A DNA stretch of 64,000 nucleotides from positions 8,028-72,027 of the forward strand of contig VXLJ01000001.1 in the NCBI GenBank assembly GCA_009841635.1, in the 5' to 3' direction. Under the pieces are notes generated by a model. That model saw only the letters and a program-made list of their open reading frames with translations, was not told the DNA's origin and ran no database searches. Numbering within the stretch: the first letter of the stretch is position 1; each line of letters opens with the position of its first letter. This stretch comes from Gammaproteobacteria bacterium. GTDB taxonomy: Bacteria > Pseudomonadota > Gammaproteobacteria > Pseudomonadales > Azotimanducaceae. Below, in pieces: positions 8,088-17,753 of this stretch. Both the position numbers and the translations under genes were made by a program.

Positions 8088-10027
8088 GGTTTCGGGTAGT
8101 TGTAACTGCCTTGGTACGAAGGACCGCGCAGACTACGACCGCACGACGTATCGACTTCAGGGAACTTTTGCGTCTGCACTGAATCGCGATATGACAAGCC
8201 GAATCCGACGGGCAGATATCGTTCTGGGTGCATCGACTTGCTCGCGCCGCCGAATTCATCGGAACTTAGAGGCCAGGAGAACGGGAGTTTGCCGGTAAAG
8301 TCGTGGCTCGGAATACCTTGCTCATTGCAAAACAGGACTTCAGCAACTGCGCCGCCTTGCGTACCAGGTAACCAACATGTGACGAAGGCATCGGCCGCAT
8401 TCAGCTCTGGATTGATCCATCGCGGGCGGCCCGTTAAGAACAGCGCAATGACCGGAATTCCTTTTTCGCGCAACGCATGCATGGCCGTTAAGGGCAGTGG
8501 ATTGTCGCGCGAGAAACTCAAGTGGTTTAAATCTCCTTCGCCTTCCGCATAGGGCTCTTCGCCGAATACCACAATCCCGATATCTGCACTCGAGGTGTCC
8601 ACGCTTTCAGTGATTTCTACTTCGCCACCTGCCGCTTCGACGATATTGCGAATGCCATCGCCAATGGACTCCGCGTGCGGAAAGTCATCGTTCGTGTTCC
8701 CGCTTCCTTGCCACGTGAGCGACCACCCACCACACTGACGAGCTACGTCGGTCGCATGACTGCCTACGATGAGCACGCGCTGGCGTGGCTTCAGAGGTAG
8801 TACAGCGTTGTCGTTCTTCATAAGCACGAGCGACTTTCTAACCGCCTCGCGCGCAACTTTCGTCGCGCTTGAGCGTGTTAGTCGTACATGGCTCGCTGCA
8901 CGCTCATTTGAATTGTGTTTGCCTTCAGACAACAGATTCATGCGAGCTTTGACGCGCAGAATGCGCCGTACCGCGTCGTTTAATCGGTCGTGCGGAATCG
9001 ATTCATCATGCACCGCCCGCACAAGCGTTTTTAAAACACGCTGCCAATCGGCACTCACCATGAGCATATCAATTCCAGCATTGACCGAGGTGGCGATCGC
9101 CTTGTCGAAGTCTTCATGGACTTGTGCAAACCCGTCCCAGTCCGATACGACGAAACCATCGAACCCCATATGTCCTTTCAGCACGTGCGTGAGTAAATAT
9201 TTGCTGCCGTGCACCTTCGCGCCGTGCCAACTGTTGAACGCGGCCATCACAATTTGTGCGCCTGCACCCAATGCTGCGACATGCCCTGGTGCATGTATTT
9301 CACGAAGATCTCGTTCGTTACAGACGACGTTGCCTTGGTCAATGCCAAACTCTGTCTCGCCTTCACCCACAAAGTGCTTTGACGTCCCGAGCACATGCGC
9401 GTCGTCTAGAAAATCTGCGGTACCAGGTTGTCCTTGAAGACCGCGAAGAAACGCGCTGCCCAGTTTTCCTACGAGATGCGGGTCCTCTGAATAGCCTTCG
9501 TAGGTTCGGCCCCAACGATAGTCCATGGGCACCGCCAGCGTCGGCGCAAACGTCCAATTGAGTCCCGACGCGGCAACGTCCAGCGCGGTTTCTTCACCCA
9601 AGCGTTGCATGAGCGTTTCATCATTTGCCGCCCCTAACCCTATGTTGTGCGGAAACAACGTTGCGCCAAGTAGGTTGTTATGACCATGTACGGCGTCGGT
9701 TCCCCACAGAATTGGCACGCCAGCTTCGCTATCCCGCGCTGCACATTGAAATGCTTCTGCTAAGCCTGCCCAGTCTTCCAGCGTAGACCATTTATTACCG
9801 TTTGGAAAGACGCCGCCACCATTCAATATTGCGCCTAACCCATGCGCTTGTATGTCCGCAGGATGCACCGAGGCTAACTCAGCCTGAATCATTTGTGCCA
9901 CTTTCGATTCGAGGGAGAGCGTTGCCAAGCGCGACTCAACCTGTTGCTCTATCGCAGCGTTGAGATGGAGCGGGTGTCTAAATTCACTCGCGACGACAGG
10001 CCATTGTTTGATCGTTTGGTGTTCCAC
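8084..10027 (-). CDS. glycoside hydrolase family 3 beta-glucosidase / exo-beta-glucanase
   Basis: 647 aa with GTDAVHGHNN, KHFVGEG and VVSDWDG (GH3 nucleophile region). GTG start 1 nt after the LacI stop. Confidence 0.9.
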   Translation of the reverse strand: MEHQTIKQWPVVASEFRHPLHLNAAIEQQVESRLATLSLESKVAQMIQAELASVHPADIQAHGLGAILNGGGVFPNGNKWSTLEDWAGLAEAFQCAARDSEAGVPILWGTDAVHGHNNLLGATLFPHNIGLGAANDETLMQRLGEETALDVAASGLNWTFAPTLAVPMDYRWGRTYEGYSEDPHLVGKLGSAFLRGLQGQPGTADFLDDAHVLGTSKHFVGEGETEFGIDQGNVVCNERDLREIHAPGHVAALGAGAQIVMAAFNSWHGAKVHGSKYLLTHVLKGHMGFDGFVVSDWDGFAQVHEDFDKAIATSVNAGIDMLMVSADWQRVLKTLVRAVHDESIPHDRLNDAVRRILRVKARMNLLSEGKHNSNERAASHVRLTRSSATKVAREAVRKSLVLMKNDNAVLPLKPRQRVLIVGSHATDVARQCGGWSLTWQGSGNTNDDFPHAESIGDGIRNIVEAAGGEVEITESVDTSSADIGIVVFGEEPYAEGEGDLNHLSFSRDNPLPLTAMHALREKGIPVIALFLTGRPRWINPELNAADAFVTCWLPGTQGGAVAEVLFCNEQGIPSHDFTGKLPFSWPLSSDEFGGASKSMHPERYLPVGFGLSYRDSVQTQKFPEVDTSCGRSLRGPSYQGSYNYPKP

Positions 10028-10028
10028 C

Positions 10029-11039
10029 CTACGCTAATGCCTTCAAAGAGTCCCGTCTAATCAATTCACACGAATATTCACGTACTTTCTCTTGAATATC
10101 GAGTCCATGCAACTTGTCAAGCAGCATGTTCGTCAGTGCCTGCGCCATTTCGTAAATAGGTTGGCGCATGGTAGTGAGCGATGGGAAGGTCTGTTTAGCG
10201 ACGGGCGAATCATCGAAACCCACTACCGAAAGATCATTAGGTACGCTCAGGTTACGCTCACGCGCTGCAACGATTGCGCCGTGCGCCATGTCGTCATTCG
10301 ACGCAACTATGACCGTTGGCGGCTCCTGCAAATTTAGGAGCGCCATCGCGCCTGCATGGCCTGACTCAAAATCAAATGCGCCATCGACGACTAAATTTGG
10401 ATCGATATCAAATCCCAACTCGTTTACTGAATCCCAATAGCCTTGCAGGCGTCGTACTGTAGAACCATGACCACGAAGTCCTTTGATAAATCCAACGCGG
10501 CGATGTCCGAGCGCGTAGATCTCATGCAACAGCTCTCGACAAGCTGCTTCATCATTGGGGCGTGCGGACATCCAATCGGCGCGAATGTTGCGCGGCGAAA
10601 GTTGGGCGAATGGCACTTCCATCTCGGTCAGAGTTCTTGTCACCTCTTCACTATCGCCAATCGGCGCTGGCAAGATCACGCCGTCTACCCGGGTCTGTCG
10701 CACGTACTTTTTCACTTCGGCCGCCTTTAGTGCTTCATGACCGGGCCGCAACAACAAGGAGTAGCGTCTCGTTTCACAAACATCAAATACACCGTCAATC
10801 AAGCGTTTGACGTAACTGTACGTCTCGGGCACTTCAAGGATGAGCCCGATTGAATAGGTACGTCGCCCGCCTAGGCTGCGTGCGGCTGGGTGTGGTTGGT
10901 ACTCAAATTGTTCTACAAGCTGCCAAACACGCTCCCGAATGGTGTCGCGAACGTAAGGTTCCCGATTGAGCACCCGCGATACGGTTTTAATCGAGACGCC
11001 TGCGGCTAACGCAATATCTTTAATCGTGACAGAACGCAA
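10029..11039 (-). CDS. LacI family transcriptional regulator
   Basis: HTH VTIKDIALAAGVSIKTVSRVLN followed by a periplasmic-binding-protein-like core. The start is moved to the TTG at 11039 because the first 20 codons of the ORF-track call are the translated terminator hairpin at 11061-11090. Confidence 0.8.
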   Translation of the reverse strand: MRSVTIKDIALAAGVSIKTVSRVLNREPYVRDTIRERVWQLVEQFEYQPHPAARSLGGRRTYSIGLILEVPETYSYVKRLIDGVFDVCETRRYSLLLRPGHEALKAAEVKKYVRQTRVDGVILPAPIGDSEEVTRTLTEMEVPFAQLSPRNIRADWMSARPNDEAACRELLHEIYALGHRRVGFIKGLRGHGSTVRRLQGYWDSVNELGFDIDPNLVVDGAFDFESGHAGAMALLNLQEPPTVIVASNDDMAHGAIVAARERNLSVPNDLSVVGFDDSPVAKQTFPSLTTMRQPIYEMAQALTNMLLDKLHGLDIQEKVREYSCELIRRDSLKALA

Positions 11040-11060
11040 AAAGTCAGCAACTTTGAAAGT

Positions 11061-11090
11061 AAAAAAGCTCGCGCTACGCAGAGCGCGAGC
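11061..11090 (-). terminator. rho-independent terminator downstream of the TonB-dependent receptor gene
   Basis: Minus strand reads GCTCGCGCT-CTGCGT-AGCGCGAGC followed by TTTTTT. That is a perfect 9 bp GC-rich stem, a 6 nt loop and a T6 tract, starting 28 nt after the receptor stop codon. Confidence 0.8.
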
Positions 11091-11117
11091 CTGTGTCATA
11101 AATTTCGTTGGGTTAGC

Positions 11118-13835
11118 TCACTGAAACGATTTGCTAAATCGAACTCCCATGGTTCTTGGCGGGAAGAAATTCGCGCGCCAGTAACCAGGACCTGGGTCGG
11201 CCCAAGAACGAACTAATTGATCGGTGACGTTGTAGCCAAACAACACAACCGCCCAAGCTTGACGCTCATTGATGATTTTGTAGTTCATATTCATCGTTAA
11301 AACAGCTTCTTGGCCAGCATGAAATGGCCCGTCGGTGTAGTTCGTATCGTTAAAGAACATCTCGTCTTGCCAGTTCACCGTAAGTGATGGGCCGTGCGAA
11401 TAGCCATTGCCCGTCCACCAAGTGTGCTCAAAGGTGCTAGACCACGATATCGGTGGCGACCACGGCAGTTTATTGCCTGACAAATCCACTGGTCGACGAA
11501 AACCGCCAGCGGGGAGTGGTTGCGACAAGTCTTCAGCTGGACATAGTTCGAGTCCTAGATACGCTCGCTCGAAACAGTAAAGTCCGTCTGCACCATCTTC
11601 AAGTTTGCCAATCTCGGCATTCAACAATGCAACCCAACCGAAAATGCGGCCGCCTTCCCACGGATTAACCCAATCCCACTCGAATTCAGCACCCGAGATA
11701 TTGGCGTCTGCGAGGTTTGTGGTAAGCAGTGTGCCGATGTCGCGACCCGTATGTATTGACTCGCCAACAATGACCCACGAGGTGCGTTGCATGTTTGAAT
11801 AGTCATTGAGGAACACGTTCGACAGAATCCTCAGATCGCCGCCAAGAAGCTCACCCTTAATACCAAACTCATACGCAACAACTTCCTCAGGAGCGTAATC
11901 GAATGCATGCAACTCGCCGCACTCACACACGTCAACCTTGTCGCCAAAACCGCCTGCTTTAAAACCACTCGCGGCGTAGCCGTACACGAACATGTTGTTG
12001 TTAACTAAATAGTCCATGCCTAAGCGCCAGGTGCTTTGGTTCCAATCCGCGGCATATGTGTTATCTGTGCCAGGAATGCGATCTGGGAAATCCTCCGCGA
12101 GCGATCCCATATCGTCCGTGAGCACGTTGGCTTGATGGAATGCTGGGTTGGATGGCCAATTCGGGTCAATACCAATCAAGCCCCATGACTCAAACCAAAA
12201 CGAGTTGTCCGGATCTGGTGTGTACTGTCCTGGATTTACCCAATAGCCGATCGTTTGGTGGTTCGAACCACCGTTGTCGCTTTTTGCATCCCAAGTTTGA
12301 CGATAACCTGCGGTGACGTTCAGTTCTGGATTGATCGCGTAATCGATTTGCGCAAATACCGCTTCGGTTTCGACGCGACGGTCGGGTTGCACAAAGGACT
12401 GCGCTAATGGAATTGCCGCGCCGCAGCAGAATGGGAGTTCGACATCAAAACGAATGCTGTTTTTCTCTCGCATTACAAACGCACCGGCGATCCAATTCAG
12501 ATCAGATGCGCCTGTCGACTTGAACTGCAGTTCGTGCACGGTCGACTTGTAGGTTGAGTCACGAGTAGTGAGTTGCAGGTCTTCAAACGGAAACAGCACT
12601 TGCACGCCAAATCCAAGCCGTTCGAATGCGCCGGCATCACGCACCAGTGGTGGAAAGCCACCGCAACAAAACCGTGCTAGTCCGTAACCTGGGTGTTCTG
12701 GATCAACCCAAGCGCCACCGTCCCCATCAAATTGCTGGAAGCGGTCTTGCGTCGACGTAGCTAGGCGATACTCAAGCAGCACGGATTCATGAACGTCCCA
12801 GCTAAATTCGGAACGCAGTGTATTGATCGTGAAGTCCTTCTTGCCGGGAACGTTTATCCGCGCCCACCATTGCGGATGATCGCAGGCGAAAAACGTGTTC
12901 TTAGCTTTTTCGCAGTCTTTCAGCGAAACGCCACCAGGACTCTTGTCGCCAAACAGGTCATAAGTGAGTTGCCAATCGGCCGTATCACCAATGTTCAAGC
13001 GCATGGCCGAACGCAATGCCCACCTATCCACTGCGAAATAAGCGCCGCTCGCGTCGACTGGTTCGTTACGCCGTTGATCTGTATTCACGATACCGTCTGC
13101 CGGAATCTCGAAATTGCCGTCGCCATCGATATCCAATGCCAAATCCAGCTCATCGCTAACCTGCTCGATGAAGCTATCTTGTTGTTCCACCATAGCGGAA
13201 AAACGCAAGGCGAATGTATCGGATACTGGCAAGTTGAACCAACCGCGACTTGCACGCTTGGAAAAGCTGCCGAGATCAACTTCAAAGGAACCATCCATTG
13301 CTTGTGTACTAGGTCTGGATGTCACGATATTGATACTGCCAGAGGTGGAGTTGCGACCGAACAATGTGCCTTGTGGCCCACGCAGCACCTCGACACGTGA
13401 CACGTCGTGCAACAAAGCGAGCCCAGCTTGCGGTCGTGGTGAATACATGCCATCGACGTGAATAGCGACTGTTGGGTCGCCTAGTTCCGTGAAGTTATTC
13501 GAGGTGATGCCCCGAACCGTCACTTGCACGCCAGAATCTGAAGGCGATGAACCGACTTGCATATTCGGCACGAGGTCGCCGAGATCAGTTACATTCGCAA
13601 CCGATTGATCGGTGAGCTGTTCCTGAGACATAGCGGACACCGCGATGGGCGTCGCCATAAGATCTGTTTCACGTTTGGTTGCGGTAACGATAAGTTCTTC
13701 CATGACCACCGCTTGCTGGGGAGCTTCCTCCGCAGCCTCTTCTTGCGCGAATACGTTCAACGACGCGAACGCGGCAAAAACAACAAGCGACACACTTCCT
13801 GTAAACGTCGCGATGCGTGGTAAGGGGTGCAACAT
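11118..13835 (-). CDS. TonB-dependent outer-membrane receptor
   Basis: 905 aa with a signal peptide, the plug motif EELIVTATKRETDL, VEVLRGPQGTLFGRNSTSG, and a long beta-barrel region. Confidence 0.9.
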   Translation of the reverse strand: MLHPLPRIATFTGSVSLVVFAAFASLNVFAQEEAAEEAPQQAVVMEELIVTATKRETDLMATPIAVSAMSQEQLTDQSVANVTDLGDLVPNMQVGSSPSDSGVQVTVRGITSNNFTELGDPTVAIHVDGMYSPRPQAGLALLHDVSRVEVLRGPQGTLFGRNSTSGSINIVTSRPSTQAMDGSFEVDLGSFSKRASRGWFNLPVSDTFALRFSAMVEQQDSFIEQVSDELDLALDIDGDGNFEIPADGIVNTDQRRNEPVDASGAYFAVDRWALRSAMRLNIGDTADWQLTYDLFGDKSPGGVSLKDCEKAKNTFFACDHPQWWARINVPGKKDFTINTLRSEFSWDVHESVLLEYRLATSTQDRFQQFDGDGGAWVDPEHPGYGLARFCCGGFPPLVRDAGAFERLGFGVQVLFPFEDLQLTTRDSTYKSTVHELQFKSTGASDLNWIAGAFVMREKNSIRFDVELPFCCGAAIPLAQSFVQPDRRVETEAVFAQIDYAINPELNVTAGYRQTWDAKSDNGGSNHQTIGYWVNPGQYTPDPDNSFWFESWGLIGIDPNWPSNPAFHQANVLTDDMGSLAEDFPDRIPGTDNTYAADWNQSTWRLGMDYLVNNNMFVYGYAASGFKAGGFGDKVDVCECGELHAFDYAPEEVVAYEFGIKGELLGGDLRILSNVFLNDYSNMQRTSWVIVGESIHTGRDIGTLLTTNLADANISGAEFEWDWVNPWEGGRIFGWVALLNAEIGKLEDGADGLYCFERAYLGLELCPAEDLSQPLPAGGFRRPVDLSGNKLPWSPPISWSSTFEHTWWTGNGYSHGPSLTVNWQDEMFFNDTNYTDGPFHAGQEAVLTMNMNYKIINERQAWAVVLFGYNVTDQLVRSWADPGPGYWRANFFPPRTMGVRFSKSFQ

Positions 13836-13879
13836 CGGTTAACCCGTGTTAGCGAAATTACGGTTAGTTTTACGATTTA

Positions 13880-13893
13880 TGACAACGTTGTCA
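13880..13893. promoter_or_regulatory. LacI/GalR-type operator overlapping a perfect -35 hexamer of the receptor gene promoter
   Basis: Perfect 14 bp palindrome TGACAACGTTGTCA with a central CG, 45 nt upstream of the receptor ATG. On the minus strand TTGACA (13894..13889) is embedded in it. Confidence 0.6.
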
Positions 13894-13952
13894 ACCCGTG
13901 TCGATTGTCGATCTAGGGGGCCTAGAAACATGGATGAATTTAGGTCGACTGA

Positions 13953-14861
13953 CTACAGCAAATTTGCGAGATGTAGTTCGCCGCAGCGCTTTAGCGCTTT
14001 GAGGTCGTACCCGCCTTCTAACGCAGAAACAACGCGTCCTTGCGCAAATCGACCAGCCCAAGCGGTGATTTGTTGCGTGATCCAACGATAGTCATCATCG
14101 CTAAAGCCCAGCTGTGTTAACGGATCGTCCGTGTGGCCGTCAAATCCTGCTGAAATCAAGAACAGTTCTGGTCGATGAGCTTCAATGGCTGGTTCCCATT
14201 GCTGCTCAACCGCTTGCCTAAATTGGCGACTACCCGCACCTGCGGCTAAAGGGGCATTCACGATATTCGCGCGCTCTATTTCCTGATATCGATAAGGGTA
14301 AAACGGATACTGAAATGTGGAACATACGAGCACTCTTGGCTCGTCCTGAAATATCTCTACCGTACCGTTGCCATGATGTGCGTCAAAATCAAGAATTGCC
14401 ACCCGCGCTAGAGAGTCCAATGCCATGGCAGCGCCAACTGCGATACTGTTGAAGATACAAAACCCCATTGAACTTTGCGATTCGGCATGATGCCCAGGCG
14501 GTCGGACACCACAAAATGCGCGTTTTGCTTCGTCGCCGAGGACCGCCGCGACACCTTCGCACACCGCACCGACGCTGCGTCGGACCGCATTCAATGAGCC
14601 TGGACTGAACGCGGTGTCCGCATCTATGCGCACTAAACCTGTTGCTGGTACTGAAGCGACGAGTAAATCAACTAGTTCCTGATCGTGCACCCGAGCGATG
14701 TCTGCAAAATCCGCCAAACCTGGCGTACGTGTTTCAACTTCCTGAAGCAAGCCGCACTGCGCTAGATGGTCATTCAACGCGACAATGCGATCTGGCGATT
14801 CCGGGTGACCTCGCGGCGTTTCATGACGGGCACAATCGTCGTGCGTGAAATACAAAGTCAT
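13953..14861 (-). CDS. histone deacetylase-family amidohydrolase (acetylpolyamine/acetoin-utilisation type)
   Basis: 302 aa with RPPGHHA, DFDAHHGNGT and EGGY motifs. Confidence 0.85.
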   Translation of the reverse strand: MTLYFTHDDCARHETPRGHPESPDRIVALNDHLAQCGLLQEVETRTPGLADFADIARVHDQELVDLLVASVPATGLVRIDADTAFSPGSLNAVRRSVGAVCEGVAAVLGDEAKRAFCGVRPPGHHAESQSSMGFCIFNSIAVGAAMALDSLARVAILDFDAHHGNGTVEIFQDEPRVLVCSTFQYPFYPYRYQEIERANIVNAPLAAGAGSRQFRQAVEQQWEPAIEAHRPELFLISAGFDGHTDDPLTQLGFSDDDYRWITQQITAWAGRFAQGRVVSALEGGYDLKALKRCGELHLANLL

Positions 14862-14999
14862 GGCAGCGGTCCGTATTGGATCAAGAGACGTAGCGTAACG
14901 CCTATTGTGCTGAGATGATGAAGCTACGGCCGAGATTGCTAGCTGGCTAGCTCACCTTAGGCGATTCCAAAGCGAAACAAGCGCCATCCGTCAGCTAGT

Positions 15000-15890
15000 T
15001 CATTTATTCCCGGAGTTGAAAGCGTAACCAGTTGTTAACGGGTCATCGGAAACCACGCGTTCGCAAACACGACGCCCGTGGCCAGACAACAAATCAAACA
15101 TTTCTCGCGGCATAGAAGGAACTTGGCGTTCGTTGTACCAAGGCGCAAGAAAAATTGCATTTGGAATCGCTCGCATGTCTTCTGATAGATTTGGCGTACC
15201 ACCATGCCACGCACGAATGTCGCGAATGAGAACAGATCCAGCTGGCACTGGACAGACTGTGGAATATTTCATCCAGAGCGGTTCTTCGTCCAACGTTGGG
15301 ATTTTCTCGTGCGAGTGTTGCGTGCCAGGAATTTGCCTTGTTGGACCATTGAGCTTGGTGAAATCCTGCGCCAGAAAGTTGCAGCAGACGACGGGACATG
15401 GCAGATCCCGGATCGTGAGAAGGCTGCGAGGATCTATGAATCCGCCTTTGCGATCACCAATATCGGAATGCAACGGTTGATACTCTGCACCCGGCAGACA
15501 GAAATCACCCGCGGCGCGCCGCACGTGATAATCAAATGAACTGAATATCCCTGCAATAATGGGTTTCAGTGTGTCTAGATCCACCAACATAACCCATTCC
15601 TCGCAATGGAGCATGGAATTGGTAAGACTCGCACCGCCCCACGAATAGCGTTTCGGTCCCCGGTTACCTGCGTTGCAATGATCGGCGGCGACCACAAGTT
15701 CAGCTTCCCGTTCGCAGCCTTGACGCAGTTTCTTGACTTGCTCGGTCGTTAGAACATCACGCACCACAACGAAGCCATCGCGATAAAAAATGCGTACAGC
15801 ATCGTCGATTTGCTCTGGCCGCAGCACCTCTAAGCCTGGCATACCGTTGTGCGCAAGAAATTCTTGCCGCCTTGTTGCAACGTCATTCAC
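15000..15890 (-). CDS. PhyH-family Fe(II)/2OG oxygenase, paralog of 52506-53714
   Basis: Shares RDGFVVVRD, GDFCLPGAEYQPLHSD, RQIPGT.H and AWHGGTPNLS blocks with the ORF at 52506. Confidence 0.7.
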   Translation of the reverse strand: MNDVATRRQEFLAHNGMPGLEVLRPEQIDDAVRIFYRDGFVVVRDVLTTEQVKKLRQGCEREAELVVAADHCNAGNRGPKRYSWGGASLTNSMLHCEEWVMLVDLDTLKPIIAGIFSSFDYHVRRAAGDFCLPGAEYQPLHSDIGDRKGGFIDPRSLLTIRDLPCPVVCCNFLAQDFTKLNGPTRQIPGTQHSHEKIPTLDEEPLWMKYSTVCPVPAGSVLIRDIRAWHGGTPNLSEDMRAIPNAIFLAPWYNERQVPSMPREMFDLLSGHGRRVCERVVSDDPLTTGYAFNSGNK

Positions 15891-16058
15891 GATCGATGCT
15901 GTCTTATTTCCGAATTGATGGATTTCTGAACATCTGCCAAATTCTGTGCGCGCACTTCAGTGACAGAGGCATTTTGAATTGGTGTCTTGACTGCTGGTGC
16001 CGGATGTATTTTCAGAACATTCGAGCATGGCACAAATATATTTGGACCCGCTTAAGAA

Positions 16059-16135
16059 TGGCGCCCCGAGAAGGATTCGAACCCTCGACCTGCTCCTTAG
16101 GAGGGAGCCGCGCTATCCAACTGTGCCATCGGGGC
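16059..16135 (-). tRNA. tRNA-Arg (anticodon CCU)
   Basis: Hand-folded 77 nt cloverleaf. Acceptor stem GCCCCGA/TCGGGGC, anticodon stem GCTCC/GGAGC with loop CTCCTAA, T arm GAGGG-TTCGAAT-CCTTC, discriminator G, and an encoded CCA. Confidence 0.9.
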
Positions 16136-16218
16136 ATTGATAATATCAAGTCGAGCGCAGTTGTTCGACGACGAGAACAGCCGACTGCGCTAACCTTTAA
16201 CTGCCACAGGAATTCTAG

Positions 16219-17181
16219 ATGAAAGCCGTTCTATGCGAGCAATTAGACGGTCCCGAATCGCTTGTTTATCGCGATATTCCTGATCCAGAAGGACCTAACG
16301 CGGATCAGATTCGCGTCAGCGTTCAAGCGCGCAGCATTTCTTTCACAGACATTTTGATGTCGAAAGGCGAATACCAAGTTAAGCCGCCGTTGCCTTTTGT
16401 TGTTGGTGGTGAAGGCGTCGGTGAGGTCATCGAGGTTGGTGCAGACGTTAACTCTCACAAAGTTGGCGATAAAGTCATGGTTGGCTCCGGCTGTGTGGAG
16501 CAGGTGGTCATCGATGCCGTCCGTGCCACACCGATTCCCGCACACGTCGACTACGCGGCGGCCGCTTCATACCGTAGTAATTACTCAACCGCACTGTACG
16601 CATTACAACGCGGGCGTCTGCAAGAAGGGGAAAACCTGCTTGTGCACGGCGCTGCTGGTGGTGTCGGATTGGCGGCTGTCGACGTCGGCAAATTGCTCGG
16701 CGCACGGGTTATCGGTACGGCTAGCACCGACGAAAAACTCAAGATAGTTTCAGAAATGGGTGCAGATCACGTCATCAACTACACCAACGGTTTTCGAGAA
16801 CGAGTCAAGGAACTGACTGAAGGTAAGGGTGCAGACGTCATCTACGATCCTGTTGGTGGCGATGTATTTGATGAGTCAATGCGCTGCATTGCGCCGTTTG
16901 GGCGTATTTTGATAGTTGGATTTACGAGCGGACGTGCCGCGCTCGCAAAAACGAATCACCTTTTGATTAAAGATGCCGAGCTTGTTGGTTTCACGATTGG
17001 CGGCCTTATGCGCCATGCGCCAGAATGGTCAGCTAGAAACCAAGAGCAACTTTTGACCTGGCTTGGCGACGGCAGCATTCATCCCTACGTGTCCCACCGA
17101 TTCCCTATGTCACAGGTCTCAGACGGTCTGCGCGTTATCACCGAACGCAAAGTAATCGGCAAGGTTCTTATCGAGAACTGA
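16219..17181 (+). CDS. NADPH:quinone oxidoreductase / zinc-type alcohol dehydrogenase superfamily (MDR)
   Basis: 320 aa with a GroES-like N-terminus and a Rossmann motif HGAAGGVGLAAV. Confidence 0.85.
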   Translation: MKAVLCEQLDGPESLVYRDIPDPEGPNADQIRVSVQARSISFTDILMSKGEYQVKPPLPFVVGGEGVGEVIEVGADVNSHKVGDKVMVGSGCVEQVVIDAVRATPIPAHVDYAAAASYRSNYSTALYALQRGRLQEGENLLVHGAAGGVGLAAVDVGKLLGARVIGTASTDEKLKIVSEMGADHVINYTNGFRERVKELTEGKGADVIYDPVGGDVFDESMRCIAPFGRILIVGFTSGRAALAKTNHLLIKDAELVGFTIGGLMRHAPEWSARNQEQLLTWLGDGSIHPYVSHRFPMSQVSDGLRVITERKVIGKVLIEN

Positions 17182-17188
17182 TTGGTTA

Positions 17189-17662
17189 TTAGTCACCGCG
17201 TCGGCGCGGATCGAACGGAATGATCGTGACGTTTTCGTTCTTCTCTTTCACAACCTTGACGCGCATACGAAGTGCTAGCTCAAATGTATAGGTGTGCCGC
17301 CCTTCCGTAAAGAAGCCGCGCGTGCCATAGACCTCAGGCATTTCAAAAACCGTCGCGACCAGATTGGTATTGCCATCTTCGGAGCGCAATGTCGCTAAGT
17401 GCGGCAACGATTCCAATTTACCTACACCTTCTAGCGCAAAACTAGGACTATTCACCGTGATCGTGTAGAGCCCAGTCTCGTCAGGCACGATCCAAACATC
17501 GTAACGGTAGGTTGCATCGGTTTCCGTACTCGCATTGATCTGTATCGCAGTGCCGTTCTCTACGTCTTCGATCTTCACCACACAGTCAAACTTCACGCCG
17601 GTCGAGTCCGTCGTGACACGCCATGACCCGCGACCAAGCCAGGTATCAGGTGAGAGGATCAA
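17189..17662 (-). CDS. hypothetical beta-rich protein
   Basis: 157 aa ORF with a TTG start, 91 nt downstream of the DUF5916 gene on the same strand. No motif recognised. Confidence 0.45.
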   Translation of the reverse strand: MILSPDTWLGRGSWRVTTDSTGVKFDCVVKIEDVENGTAIQINASTETDATYRYDVWIVPDETGLYTITVNSPSFALEGVGKLESLPHLATLRSEDGNTNLVATVFEMPEVYGTRGFFTEGRHTYTFELALRMRVKVVKEKNENVTIIPFDPRRRGD

Positions 17663-17753
17663 TGCAGGTCTTCTTAAAGTCGAATCGCGCCAAAAAAGTC
17701 GTCACGAGTGCCAACCCAAATGGCATCGCAACAAACAGGATTTTAGAGGTGCT

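Noticed and set aside
11040-11099. N-terminal 20 codons of the ORF-track LacI call (MTQARALRSASFFTFKVADF).
   Set aside because: This segment is the translated terminator stem-loop and T tract. The HTH begins right after the TTG at 11039.
15891-16218. Possible genomic island integrated at tRNA-Arg(CCU).
   Set aside because: There is no integrase, no mobility gene, and no second copy of the tRNA 3' end that I could see on either side. The flanking genes have ordinary composition. A direct-repeat search with the last 20-45 nt of the tRNA would settle it.
15872-16222. 116 aa plus-strand ORF spanning the tRNA region.
   Set aside because: It reads straight through the tRNA-Arg gene on the opposite strand and has no motif. 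The tRNA fold is far better supported.
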